This document shows, piece after piece, positions 41,420-53,116 of a stretch of DNA of 64,000 nucleotides. Source of the stretch: Raillietiella orientalis (lineage: Eukaryota); NCBI GenBank assembly GCA_036172245.1, contig JAYWIR010000023.1:1798001-1862000 (forward strand), read 5' to 3'. Below the pieces are notes generated by a model. The model was not told where the DNA came from, searched no databases, and worked only from the letters and a program-made list of their open reading frames with translations. How positions within the stretch are numbered: position 1 is the first letter of the stretch; each line of letters starts with the position of its first letter. The position numbers were made by a program, and so were the translations under genes.

Positions 41420-44260
41420 TTCCATCCTTCTCCAATTTCAAGGTTTCATTTGCATTGTCCGTTACCCACAAAATGTACCTTTCATGATAGAAAAGTGCAA
41501 TGTTATTTAATATCCATCAATTGGAGAGTTGTAAATAAGTTCTCATGTAAGTGTGACGAGGGGATGCCCAATGATTGTGGTGTTCGAATTGGAGCCACAT
41601 TAATTATCTATATCATTTTATAAGTGCTTACAACGTAATGAGCGAATATAATGTTTCATATGAAATCCATACCAATGCACTGGGAACAAATTGCAAACTT
41701 TACTGAGTTAATTGACCTCATGCAGGAGTCGTACGTGTTGCATATACAGGAAATTCTGATGAAGTACACGTGTGTTCCAAGATGCCACTATTTTTCAAGG
41801 ATCTTCAACGAGCTATTAATGCTCCTGTGCCCAGTTGTAAATCCAATAACATCAATTTTCGAAATGTAGCTGAATACTTCCTCCTTCAGTGAACTTTATT
41901 ACTGTCTGAATCACTGTTCGAATTATTTGATTTTAGTGTGTGAATTCTAAACCATTTCTTTGTTTTTGTTCGAAGCTGTAAAGCACATATTGTGATACTT
42001 TAAACAAATCCAATGTAAGTCGATAGGGAAATAATTACTTGACCACAAACTTATGCCATTTTTCCAATTAACCACGGTATCATTTAATGCATGTCTAGAG
42101 TTTCAGTCCAAAAGAACAAGAAAAAAATGAAATGAAGAGATGGAAACTTCATAAGAAGAAATACGTAAAGTATACAAGCAATAATTTATGCTTGCAGTCA
42201 GAAATCTGCAACACATTCCATTGACGTGACTGTTCGTAGCTACTCCAAGAGAAACGCAGACATCTGGAATACTCTACCGATAGCTCTTAATTTCCACGCT
42301 TAGTTATGTAATCCCTACTTGCCAATATCCTTCCCATTTCAAGCCGTAAATGGACAAAATATTTTGTTTTTATTATCGGAATTCAGCAACATACATATAG
42401 CTTGATGCTTAAGAAAAAAACATGGTTTGCTACGTCTATCTATTGAAACTATACACTGTCTTCTCCAGGGATTTAATTTCTGTAGCATTTCTGCTTTATA
42501 TGATTTTGGGTTTCGAAGCTTGCCTATTTCTTGACATGACTTATGTGTGATAGCAATTTTAACTGAAAGCCACCATGCAAGAGCAAAGTATAGCATGACT
42601 GTCCTCACATTTATCTTCCAGAATCCTATGTTGGATTTGGAAATGCAAGTTCAAAAACCAAGTAACTGCCGTCTATTCCGATATTATCAATATTCTAATG
42701 AATGAATCTGCTTGTTTTTCGCATATTAGTTTCAACTGTTTTATCATACTTATTGCTTTGAATAAGTGACTAAAATTTTAAAAGTGGAAGTCATGCATAC
42801 AGTATGCATCAGCAAAGTGTTCACAGAAGACTTGTGTGAAACATTCCGAACACGAAGTATTCACTTTTCATAAAGGCTTCTGTTGCATGTAAGGAGCCAA
42901 TTTCTTCCAGGAAAGTTGACCTAAATATGGAGTACTTCCTGCGAAAGAAACCAAATAGTGGAGTGAAGGTGATTATACGGTATTGAAATGCAGTGATTCT
43001 GAACTTTAAATATTTCCACTTGGGAGCGACATTTAAACATCAACGCATGTCTCTTTTTTACGAGTATTTAGTACTAGATAAAATTTGAACAGATTACACA
43101 GAAGAGACCCAAAAAGAAGGATTCATAAGAAACTACATACAGTAAAGGGAGGTGTAGGGAAATTTCCTCATTATTTGGAAAGCAACTGAAAAAGTAAGCA
43201 TTTGGAGCATTATGTGGAAGTAATGAAAAAAAGCAAGGGGTCATAGAAGATGGATAGTTGGATATTTTCCGGTGATAATAAAGTGCTTTATACCAAGTGC
43301 TGTCAAGAGTTTCTTTTCGTCGGATTTCCTCTTGCAAGCTGTGCGCTTCAAAAACTGAAAATCCATCAACACACAGTTTTAAAAAACTCCCACTGAAGGA
43401 TGGTGTTTGTGTTAACAATTCATTCTGCTTGGAATTGAGACTCATACTGAATGAGAATTTTATAAACAGTTTGGTGATTTCAATGAAATTGAAGCGAAGA
43501 AATCGGGGCTTCAAAGTTTGGGAAAAGATTAGGGTGATTTTTGCTAATGCTAAATGGGGTGAATCCCGAATGTACTGTGTATCACGAGACGTTTCCGTTG
43601 TGAAGGTTTTCTAAGTTTCTGGATGCAGGATTTGTTTTCCAAGATCCTTTCACATTTTAATTGTCATATCAGTTTTCATATAACTTGAAACTTTCACTAT
43701 AGTAAGATTAATTTCATTCCATTTTTTGCCCTGAATTGATGAATCTGTTTCAGTAAACTGGCACTAAAATAGGTGATAATATGATACTTATTCAAAAATT
43801 TGCAAACTCGTGTGGAATGAAGATCTGTTTATTGACAATAAGACTCGTGCTGTAGGGAAACTGAGCTTTCAAAGAGTACTGATGTCGTAAGGATAAGACA
43901 TTACCTTCGCTTGCTGATGACCGCTCATCAGCAAGTTCGATTTTATAAAAATAATGACTCAGTTGCATGACTCGTGTTTTTAGTAGGTCGCCAAAGATTT
44001 TTGTTCAGCATGCATGGAAATAAATTTCTCCTTTGTGGTGGAAAACTGTTAACGAACGGAAGAAAGCATCTTCGACGGGTGCCTTAACGGCTGCCGTTTT
44101 CCCCTGAATCTCTCGGGTCGCGTCATGGATGTTCTTAACGGTATTGGTGGTGCCGAAAATCGAGGTCGATCGCTAACCTCCAGAAAATGGAAACGGTACA
44201 TTGAAATACAGGAGGTGGATGCAGTCGTCGTGTTCTCCGTTTTTGATTCCAAACTTGTAG
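41420..44260 (-). mobile_element. Decayed ISL2EU/PIF-Harbinger-like DNA transposon (THAP + Harbinger-type transposase remnant; SWIM-YqaJ-PHD second ORF remnant)
   Basis: Minus-strand fragments in order: SCISMYRF (~44200) and WRPTKNT (~43990), THAP-like; STWYKALYY...NYPSS (~43290), Harbinger 'TWIxxLY...WP'; AILCSCMVA...NCYH (~42570), SWIM-like; LGVATNSHVNGMCC...YCLYTLR (~42230), YqaJ 'LGASPDG..C.CCG...KCPY'; SCIC...CSQC..FHMK (~41700), PHD-like. All are disrupted. Confidence 0.45.
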
Positions 44261-44710
44261 TTTACATGGAGTTCACTTATGATTACTTCCAGAGAGGTTT
44301 TGCATTTACATATGTCTCCACATTAGGCAAAATATAGGTACACAGTTAGCTGATTTTTGTTAATATAATGTGCCCTCATAAGCTGATGGGATATCGAGAA
44401 ACTTCTCAGCTCAGGCTTCTGTTATTGCCGAAGAAAACAGGCTCGATACATGTTGCGATAATCAAGCGTTCAAAATTTTTTTAAGTGAAGCAAATTTCCT
44501 TCATTTTAGGAATTTGGGATTTTGTAATCAATTATTATCGTAAAATATTTGTTTTTACTTCATTACAATAGTTTATTTCCATGCTCATGCTTGCAGTGTA
44601 TTGCTTTTGTATTTTCAGAAAAAATGAATATGAAAATATTCTTTGATGATGGAGGAGACTGAAACACATAGTGTTTCCTTGAGTTTTTGCATCTCACAAT
44701 CAGATGTGCT

Positions 44711-46346
44711 ATGCCCATGTTAAGCAATGCTGAATCCACTGATAAAGACAACAAGTTTGATATTAATCACGTGCTGCTTGCCACGGCTTCCTATGACCAT
44801 ACAATCAGATTTTGGCAAGCACACAGTGGACTTTGTATAAAAACTTTCCAGCATCCAGATTCAGTATCCTTATTTGTTTACTAATTGACAGTTTTGTTCA
44901 AATGCTATTGTTATTTATGAAGTATTTATCATTAAAAAAAAAATTGAAATTGTCAAGTTTCTTAATTTGATCAGCAAGTCAATGCATTAGAAATCACTCC
45001 TGACCGTCATGTGATTGCAGCTGCAGGTAATGCAAACATGCTTATGAAAGTTACAGAATTGTTTAGGCTATCAACATATTCGTATGTATGAAATTAATTC
45101 CAAGAATCCTAACCCTGTTATTAATTATGAGGGAGTTACCAAAAATGTAACAGCTGTAGGATTTCATGAAGATGGAAAGTGGATGTTCACAGCTGGAGAA
45201 GACTGTAGAGCCAAAATATGGGATCTCAGGTATAAGCAGTAGGATAGGGGTGATAATATTTGGATATTTTGAGGGGGAGAAATCTCCAATGTCAGAGAAT
45301 ATTTGAGACTAAGGCAGCTGTCAATTGTGCATGTTTGCATCCCAACCAAGGAGAATTGATTCTTGGTGATCAAAATGGTGGTGTTCACATTTGGAATTTA
45401 CGCAATGATTTCAGTGATCAATTGGTAAAATATGAAACAATGAATTAATTTTTTAAAGTCATTTCAATTAAATTGAAACATTTTGATTTGAATTTAAGTC
45501 AATCATTTTTGTGTCTGTCTAGGTTCCAGAGGCTCATGGTTCCATTCAACATATTGATATTGATCCTAAAGGAGAACTCATGGCTGCAGTAAACAATAAA
45601 GGTCACTGTTACATTTGGGATTTGTGTGATGGATCTCCAGAACATCCAGTTCAGATTAAAGCAAGACTGAAATTGGAAGCACATAAGAGATATGCATTGA
45701 AATGCAAATTTAGTCCAAATTCAAAGTGAGTGTGCACCTTTGATTTCCTAAAGAATGTGTTGCAAGAGAATTTGGAAGGTGGTGGTGTAAGCAGTAACAG
45801 TTCAGTATTTGCATATGTGTAGATGGCTTGGTATCCTATTGAAATACCTGCTTATATACATTTCAGTAGTTAGTTTGCTTTCTGCTGAATGAAGTGAACA
45901 GAAAACTTTGCCAATTTGGTTTTCAAAATATGCATCTATACATTGGTTTTAAATTTTAGTTTACTTGAATTGCTCACTAATTGACTGCTAATTAGGCAAA
46001 GAGGAGCATTAATCCAGTATTTGATTCTAGGATATTAGCAACTAGTTCAGCTGATCACACAGCTCGTTTATGGAATACTACTGATTTCTCCTTGATGAGG
46101 GAACTCACCACTCCTAATCAAAGATGGGTATGGGATATGGCCTTCACTGCTGATTCCCAGTATATTTTTACAGGTGCGAACTTTGATCCTTTTTTTTTGT
46201 TTTGTTTTTTGTCAAGTTTCTTTGCAGCTTCATCAGATAATCTAGCCCTCTTATGGAACATTGAAACAGGAGAGATCAAAAGAGAGTATCCAGGTCATCA
46301 AAAAGCAATAGTTGCTCTTGCATTTAAAGATGGGGTACCTGACTAG
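44711..46346 (+). CDS. MLST8: Target of rapamycin complex subunit LST8 (WD40); exons 44711-44863, 44975-45026, 45067-45229, 45274-45424, 45523-45725, 46031-46173, 46228-46346; 327 aa
   Basis: [88 protein letters not shown] and [13 protein letters not shown]. The exon lengths sum to 984 nt, in frame. Confidence 0.96.
44864..44974 (+). other. U12-type (minor spliceosome) GT-AG intron in mLST8
   Basis: Donor GTATCCTTA matches the U12 consensus RTATCCTT. The branch-like TTTCTTAAT ends 8 nt before the end of the intron (...TTGATCAG), with no polypyrimidine tract between. Confidence 0.85.
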
Positions 46347-48897
46347 GGCTGTACCAGATACTCACAATGTTTTTCACAATGTGATGAGCAGTTGCAAATT
46401 GGCACAACTGTTACATTGATAATTGTTGGATAAGATTGCTGACTTGTAGGTGCAGTGTATGGAGGTTTACCAAAATAAAAGGAAACATGGATGCTATTGA
46501 GCTCGGTTATAAACATTATGCTTGGTTATCTTAATGACTACGAATTAACTTTCCATCTAACAAAATAGTCAAATCATACAGAATTGCATATGAAGTTTTG
46601 CAAATTGATGTTTCCATTTCACCATTCCCTATAAGTAAATATGTAATGAAAAAAATTCACTCCCTCTTGTGAGGATGACGAAAACCAATCATGATTGGGA
46701 AGTAGATGATGAGCAGGTGAAATGCTTGTTTCACTGAAGTGTTTATGCTTTTATTGCAATGTGCATATGGTGTTAAGAGGAAACTTATTGACTGAATTAA
46801 AGGCATTCAATGTAGATGCAAGACGAAATTCTCAGCAAAGTGGACTTTGAAAACGCTGATTATTATGTGGTTAGCAAACCTAAATTCCTAGGCAAATTAA
46901 TTGCCCTAATTACCTAAGGAAGGGTACATATTAATATTTCTATTTGTATATTTATGTGTGTGGAACCATATTTATGTATATGCATGTGTATAAACAAACG
47001 TACATATATATCGATGCATACGTGCTGTAATTTTGCATAACATTCGCCACTTTTGCTTTACTTACATAAAGGATTCAGCAAGTACCACTATCATAGAAAC
47101 CCGAATCATGCCTTACAACGATCAAAATCAAAGATGGTGGAATCTTCAAGAAATACGAAGAATTATCTGCAAACAGCTACACAATCTAGTTATCTGGGAA
47201 ATTTTGCAGTGTCTTTGTAGAATGCTCGTTAATTGTGTGTTATGAATGCAATGATAATGGTTGTGAGTTGCTTATATTAAATACATACACATACTTACAA
47301 ATAAAAACATCATGCTTATGGTATGCGAAATACTATTCACATTTAATTCAATACTTAACACAATATGTTTCAGTATACTAAAGACACAGAATATCCAAAT
47401 AAAACATCAAAAGTTATGATCTGTGGACTAATGAACAGTCACGAATCATAAGTTTTCTGTTACAAATTTATGCAATGTACCAAGGTAACTCGTCACTCCG
47501 TTTTTCTACATTCCCGAAGTTAAAAGAGGACCAGTGTTTAAATCAAAATTCCGAACATTTTTATTTATTTATAAATTACTTTTTTATTCGAACTTGAAGC
47601 TATTTGAAAAGACAGCTTAGAACTTGAATTTAATATTTATAGGTCCATGATTTCCATCGTTTAGAATAACTAAGGGCTCCGGTGTATAACCCTCCGGTGT
47701 TTCATGTATTGCAAGACACCGATAACCTTATCTTGCCAGTACGAAATTCCAACTTAAATTTTGAGCCAGTCATTCTGTAAAGTTTATTCTGAAGCATATC
47801 GTTTGTATATCGAATATTTCGATTCACACTAAAAAAAATTTACTTGTGACAACACTGCATGTTCTGTTTCGAAACTCATTAGTCCAATTTTTATATTTTT
47901 CATTATCATTGATATCCATTCCCTCAGTTCACTATGAAAGATAAATTGATGAATACATCTCCATGCCATGGCAAGGTCCATCCTTTCCTCTTTTCCCTCA
48001 TTATCAAGAATTATTTCCTTTGGGTCGTAAGCATTCTTTTTGTATTCCTTTTTGTATTACTTATTTGAGTACTTTAAATCGATGTTCAATAATTTTTGAA
48101 AGCAAGCGCCGCAAACTATGACCTTATTTCCTTTACATCACTTGCTTATTCCACCCTATTCCGAAATTCTAGATGTCTCAAAGTTTCGAATTATAAGCCT
48201 GCACTTTGAAATCATAAAGCAGTTAGAAATCAAAAGAAAACCTTAATGCACCGCAGCTAGTAAAGTTCTATTGAACTGCTCACGAAAAATGACAATAATC
48301 ACATTATATATAATCATTTCCCTTAACAGATTATCAGGATGGACATCCATTCGTTCGAATTTGCTTGACAAGCGAATTTAAGTCTCTCCAGAAACCACAC
48401 AATTCTTAGGTGCAAGCAATAGGAGAGATAAAAACATCATTCTCGCATTTAGGTTATGGATCTAGAAGGAACTTAAATTTTGTATCTCAATGGCAAATAC
48501 AAGAGCTAACATTTGGAAATCTGCATTGCATATGCGTTAAGACTGCGACCTTTAGGTCATGGGAGAATACTTCCTGCATCACACCGCCAGGGGATAGAAT
48601 TCACGAAAATTCCTATCCTGCAATGCGACTCCCCATTCGCTCTGGTGCATTTGACTATAATCGGGTTGAGAGAAGGCTAAGCGGCACATCGCAATGAAGC
48701 TTAAGTTCCCTAGGACCTACTCCATCGGTTTTCCGCCTTTCAGTCACTATAGTGTACCGTTTAAGTGGCGTGTGGGGAGTCAGAATGGCCTGCCTAAAGA
48801 GAGTAGCATCCGCAAAACCGTCGTCCTCTCCATCACCATGACGATGCGGCGTGCGAGTTGCCCTCGAGTTGCGCCCAAGCAACCAGGACACTGCAAG

Positions 48898-50772
48898 TCA
48901 CTGCAAAGGCAAGACACGGCAGTCATTCGGATGGACAGGGGAATCCGCCAAGGAGACGCCCTTAGTCCGATGCTGTTCGTGGTGTACATGGAGGTGGTTT
49001 CATCACTGGTCCACTGTGGCGGTCGTCTGCAAGGAATACGACTTGACGACGACAGACTGACGCACCTGGCGTTTGCGGACGATCTGCCCTTCTTCCTGAA
49101 GGACGAGAGGGATCACCATGCGTTCCTTAGCGTCGTCGAGTCCACGGAGAGAGGTCTGGGCTTGGAGATCAGCGTCCAGAAATCCCAGCTATTGCCTATT
49201 GGAATTCTGGACCTCTCCGCTTTAACAGAGACAGGATTCCGAGTGGTTGACCAAATCAAGTGCATGGGAGTCCACATCGGCGCTGCCTCGGCTTCGCAAC
49301 GGGTGTGGAAAGAAATTCTGGGGAAAACGAGAGAAGAGGCTGCAAAATACGTCCGACGCGACTTTTGCCCGAAGCAGAGGGTAAACCTGTGGAACGGAGT
49401 CCCCCTTCCCAAGGTGCTCTTCGGAGCAGCCTTCTGCCGACTGGACGAGCGAACGAGCAAGGAGGGGGAACAACTACAGCGAAAAATACTTTGGAATGAG
49501 TTCAAGCCGCGAGTCAGGCTAAAACTGTTGTGCGGACCTCGAGACAAGGGCGGGACAGGGATGAAATCCGTGGATCTGCTGGACGTGCGACAAATCCTGG
49601 ATCTTGCCACCAAATGGGACAAGTGGCCTTATGCAGCGCACACAGCCTACTTGCAGTTGCTCAACAGTTCGAGAGGCCTGATGACTGCCCTAATAGGCAA
49701 ACAAGGACAGTGGGGAAGCATCGATCCCACTTGGAAGCGCAAGCAGGCACTGGTGAACACCCACCATCTCAAAATAGTGCCTAGAAGTAAAGAAATTTGG
49801 AGAGACGAACTGGTAAAGATCATCCCGTGCTTCCTGCGCGTCCCTTGGGACACCAGAAAGTGGATGTTCGACAGGCCAAGGATGACCATCAAGGACTGCA
49901 AGCGGTTCGCCACCAGTGGCGACCGCAAGAAAATGCGACTGTTCTGCCCCAACAAGATGATGAGAAGATTTACCCACAAATATCGAGAGCTCTGGACAAA
50001 TCAGGAATCCAAATGCTGGCGCCTGATCACCAGAGGAAACATCCGACAAGCAGTGAAGAAGAATCCAGACGAGGACGACGCTCTGTCTGTGGCCGCCAAG
50101 GATTGCGGCTGGAACCTGCTTGCGGTTGGAACCACGGTCTGGATGAGAGATTTACCACCCGAGACTCAAGATGACCTCCTGATGTTTTATTGCGGAGGCA
50201 TCCTTAGCGGCACGAGGACGAGACACTGGCCAGGGAACGCGCAAGACGAGATGTGCAAGTCCTGTGGCGCCAGGGAAACCCAACTCCACGTGCTCACCTG
50301 CCCGACGCTGCGCCGGGACTAGTCCAAGCTGAAGGAGGTGACAGGCCTGCAGAGGATGGACAAGATGGAGATCCTGGCAGCGATGTTTGAAGGGAACGGC
50401 AACGTTCCTCGATACAACCGTATGGTCCGCATCACCATCGCCCTCTTTATCACGAGCAAGCATCGTGGTGAGAAGGGCAAAAATGCGGACCGGAATAAAC
50501 AGTGTGCCAGCTGTGGAAATACTGAAAGGTCTAGTTAAAAGGGAAATAGGCATCAGAAGTTGTGGAGGCATTCCCACCTGGACGTACTGTTACATCCTGC
50601 GAAGGATTCAGGAACATAGTCCAGTAAGTGAATTCCCCATGCAAACTCAGTGAGTGGATGCCCGAAGACCCACCCTGAAAGTGAAAAACAGTGAAAACCA
50701 GTGACATTACAGAACACTCGTATGAACGAATGTTGAAAATAAACTCACCCCACCGCAAGTCGGACTGGGGAA
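48898..50772 (+). mobile_element. 5'-truncated non-LTR retrotransposon (L1/Tx1-like ORF2: RT, thumb, CCHC finger) with 17-bp TSD
   Basis: GIRQGDALSPMLF, LAFADDL, ISVQKSQLL, IKCMGV, LCGPRDKGGTG and CKSCGARETQLHVLTCP. In-frame TAG at 50320-22, then a frameshifted continuation to 50653. Flanked by identical AACCAGGACACTGCAAG at 48881-48897 and 50773-50789. Confidence 0.88.
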
Positions 50773-50949
50773 AACCAGGACACTGCAAGCAGCGGGGCGA
50801 ACACGCTTCCCCCCCCCCCTCTCCCCCATTCATCCGCTCCCCTGTTGTTCGATTTGGAAGGAATGCAATGTGAAACAGAAGACACCTAAGTTCTTGTAAA
50901 GTAAACTCTCCGGAGAAATCTATGAAAATTCTAGCCGCCTACGCACTGC

Positions 50950-51450
50950 CCGGTTTCCTGCACTCGTGCGTGCGTACAGGAGTGCGGAGTACCGGTAATC
51001 GGTAGGTCGGAAACAACTGATCACAGAAGCGGAAAGAAAACAGTTGAGGGTGTCAGGGAAGGTGAGGGGGAGGGTGCAGGAGTTCTTGGGTAAGAAAGCA
51101 GCGGTCCTTCGCGCGCACTCTGCTCCTCCAGTAGTGCGTAGAGTCAGTCCAAGGACAATCAATCCCACGGGCGCGCGGAGGCTGCTCCGTTCGGTTTAGC
51201 TGCGAGGTCGCCACGCGCACCGCCACGCCACCGGGTCGCAATGCGCGCCGCGGCGCTGAGCCCTCTCTTCGCAGGCGAGAGAGCCCTTCCGGCATCGTTT
51301 CTCTTGCGGCGAGAGACGCCAGTGGCTGCGATACAACGCGAATATATGCGGAGGGGCTGTGCGGTGTCTTTCTTGGGTCCTGTGGCTGGCAAACCTTCTC
51401 TTTCCTCCGTTCTCTCCCTTCAGAGAAGAATTCAAAGAGTTCTTTGTGCA
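50950..51450 (-). mobile_element. Possible decayed apurinic-endonuclease fragment of a LINE
   Basis: Minus-strand pieces LAARET (~xxLQET), RPGGVAV (~RGVAIL) and LTLRT...ARRTAAFL...PTDY (~YT..SRIDRxFL...SDH); frameshifted. Confidence 0.3.
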
Positions 51451-52399
51451 TGAGGAGCTCGCCCCATTCCGCTTCATTGTATTGTATTTTATTTTTATTA
51501 CTATTATTTTTTTTTAATGAACCTCTCTCGAGTCCTTCTCCCCATCCTAAAGAATCACTCGTGGCATCCGCCCTCGTGTCTATTTATTCACCGAACTCGC
51601 ATAACATGAACACGTCTGTTTCTTCTGAGAACCTGAGCGAGCTGACCGGCTTGCCTCAGAATGACAAGCCTTTTCGGTCTCGAACCTTTTCGGCAGCCGT
51701 GGCAACCTCCGGCTGGGAATTTCCCTGTCTCGCTGCATTCTCAGCTCTGGCACTTCGTGCATCCTGAGTTCTGGTGGGAGTGAAGGGCGCGGCGAGAGGC
51801 TGGCGGATTTTCCCTTCAAGAAGGGACGAGAAGCGGTAGCGTAAAGTTCAAAGAGGATGCTGGAAAGGGCACACCAACAACGGTGCGTGTGTGTGTGTGG
51901 AGGGGAGCTCTCCGGGGAGGCTCGCAAAGGTTTCTTTTGGAAAGAGGAGCTCGTCGAAGAATAAGGCACCCTTTTTTTTTTGGTTCGTCAAGTATGGAGC
52001 TCTTTAACGCTGTCCACGCCACCCAGGGGTGCGTGTCAACTCTTCAAGACAGGGGGTGCCCGAGAGGGAACCACCCCATGAATCCAGGAAGGCTACGGAG
52101 GAAGGAGTCTGTTCCTCTCTCACGCTTGGGAGGGAACCCAAAAGGAAACCTCTTCCTTATTCTTTCCGGAAAGACCCCCCCGGAGGGGGTCGCTCCATCT
52201 TATCTTCTCCGGAGAACGCACAAGGGAACTTTTTTTTTCTCCTCTGAAGAGAACCCCAAAGATTGCTTCCTGAAAAGAGCAGTGCTCCTCTTGATGCTCT
52301 GGAGAGACATCAATCCACCAGCTCCATGGTATGCGAGGGAGGCTCCCCCACCGAGGAAGCAGAGGGAGGGGGGCGGCTCCATTTTCGCAACCAGGGGGG

Positions 52400-53116
52400 G
52401 AACCTGAAGGCTCCTGGATATCCTAGAAGGACCCTGGAAAGTCAACTTCCAATCCCGACCGCTCAGCGGGGGCATCCGGGGGTATCTGGCTTCCACCAGT
52501 GAGGCCTCCCGTGCAACGCCCGCCGGCTTCATTGGACACGGGGCAGGTGTGCTAATCATGGCAGGTGAGAGGAGCAGGAATCCGTCCAGTACCTCTTAGT
52601 GAACTGTGTTGTCCTCTGGCCCTTTTGAGGACGCTTTGCTGCTAACCTTGGAACCCCCGGCGGCAATCCCGGAGACGTTTTCAAGCGCCTCTTCCTGCGC
52701 GACGCCCTAACGCAGGATCGTGGCGGCCTGGAGCAGCAACGACAGAGGAGGTCAGAACGACAGGGACGTCATCTACTGTGCTGTCCTCTTCATGAGAACA
52801 GCGTCAAGATGGCCCCACCTGGGAGTCTCGAAACAGGAACTTGCCGGTATCCTGCGAAGGATTCAGAGGACGCCCTCCAGAATCCGGTGATCCCTGCCAC
52901 CCCCCCATTTTTTGACTGCATTTTTTGTTTCATTTTTTTTTTCTTTTTCTTTGTCTTCCCTTATCCTGTACTGCTGAGGCGAACCCCACTGACCTGCGTG
53001 CCGATTCTCGGCAGGTTCCTTCTCGTAGTTATAAGTAGCGTGGCAGGATCAAACGTCCTGCTACAGACATGTATGTTTATTTTTTATAAATAAACGCCCC
53101 GGCGTGACTGGGTATC
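52400..53116 (+). mobile_element. 3' fragment of an L1/Tx1-like element, paralogous to 58100-58772
   Basis: Shares ggcctcccgt(g/a)caacgcccgccg, cctcttcatga, tcaagatggccc, aaacaggaacttgccgg(t/c)atcctg, a T-rich UTR and terminal hairpins with the 58 kb copy. Confidence 0.8.

Noticed and set aside
43914..43945. CTGATGA hammerhead ribozyme core
   Set aside because: No stem II followed by GAAA; the motif is sequestered in a simple hairpin.
48694..48897. N-terminal 68 codons of the 542-aa RT ORF as a real protein start
   Set aside because: They lie outside or within the left TSD, and RT motifs begin only afterwards, so this is chance read-through into flanking DNA.
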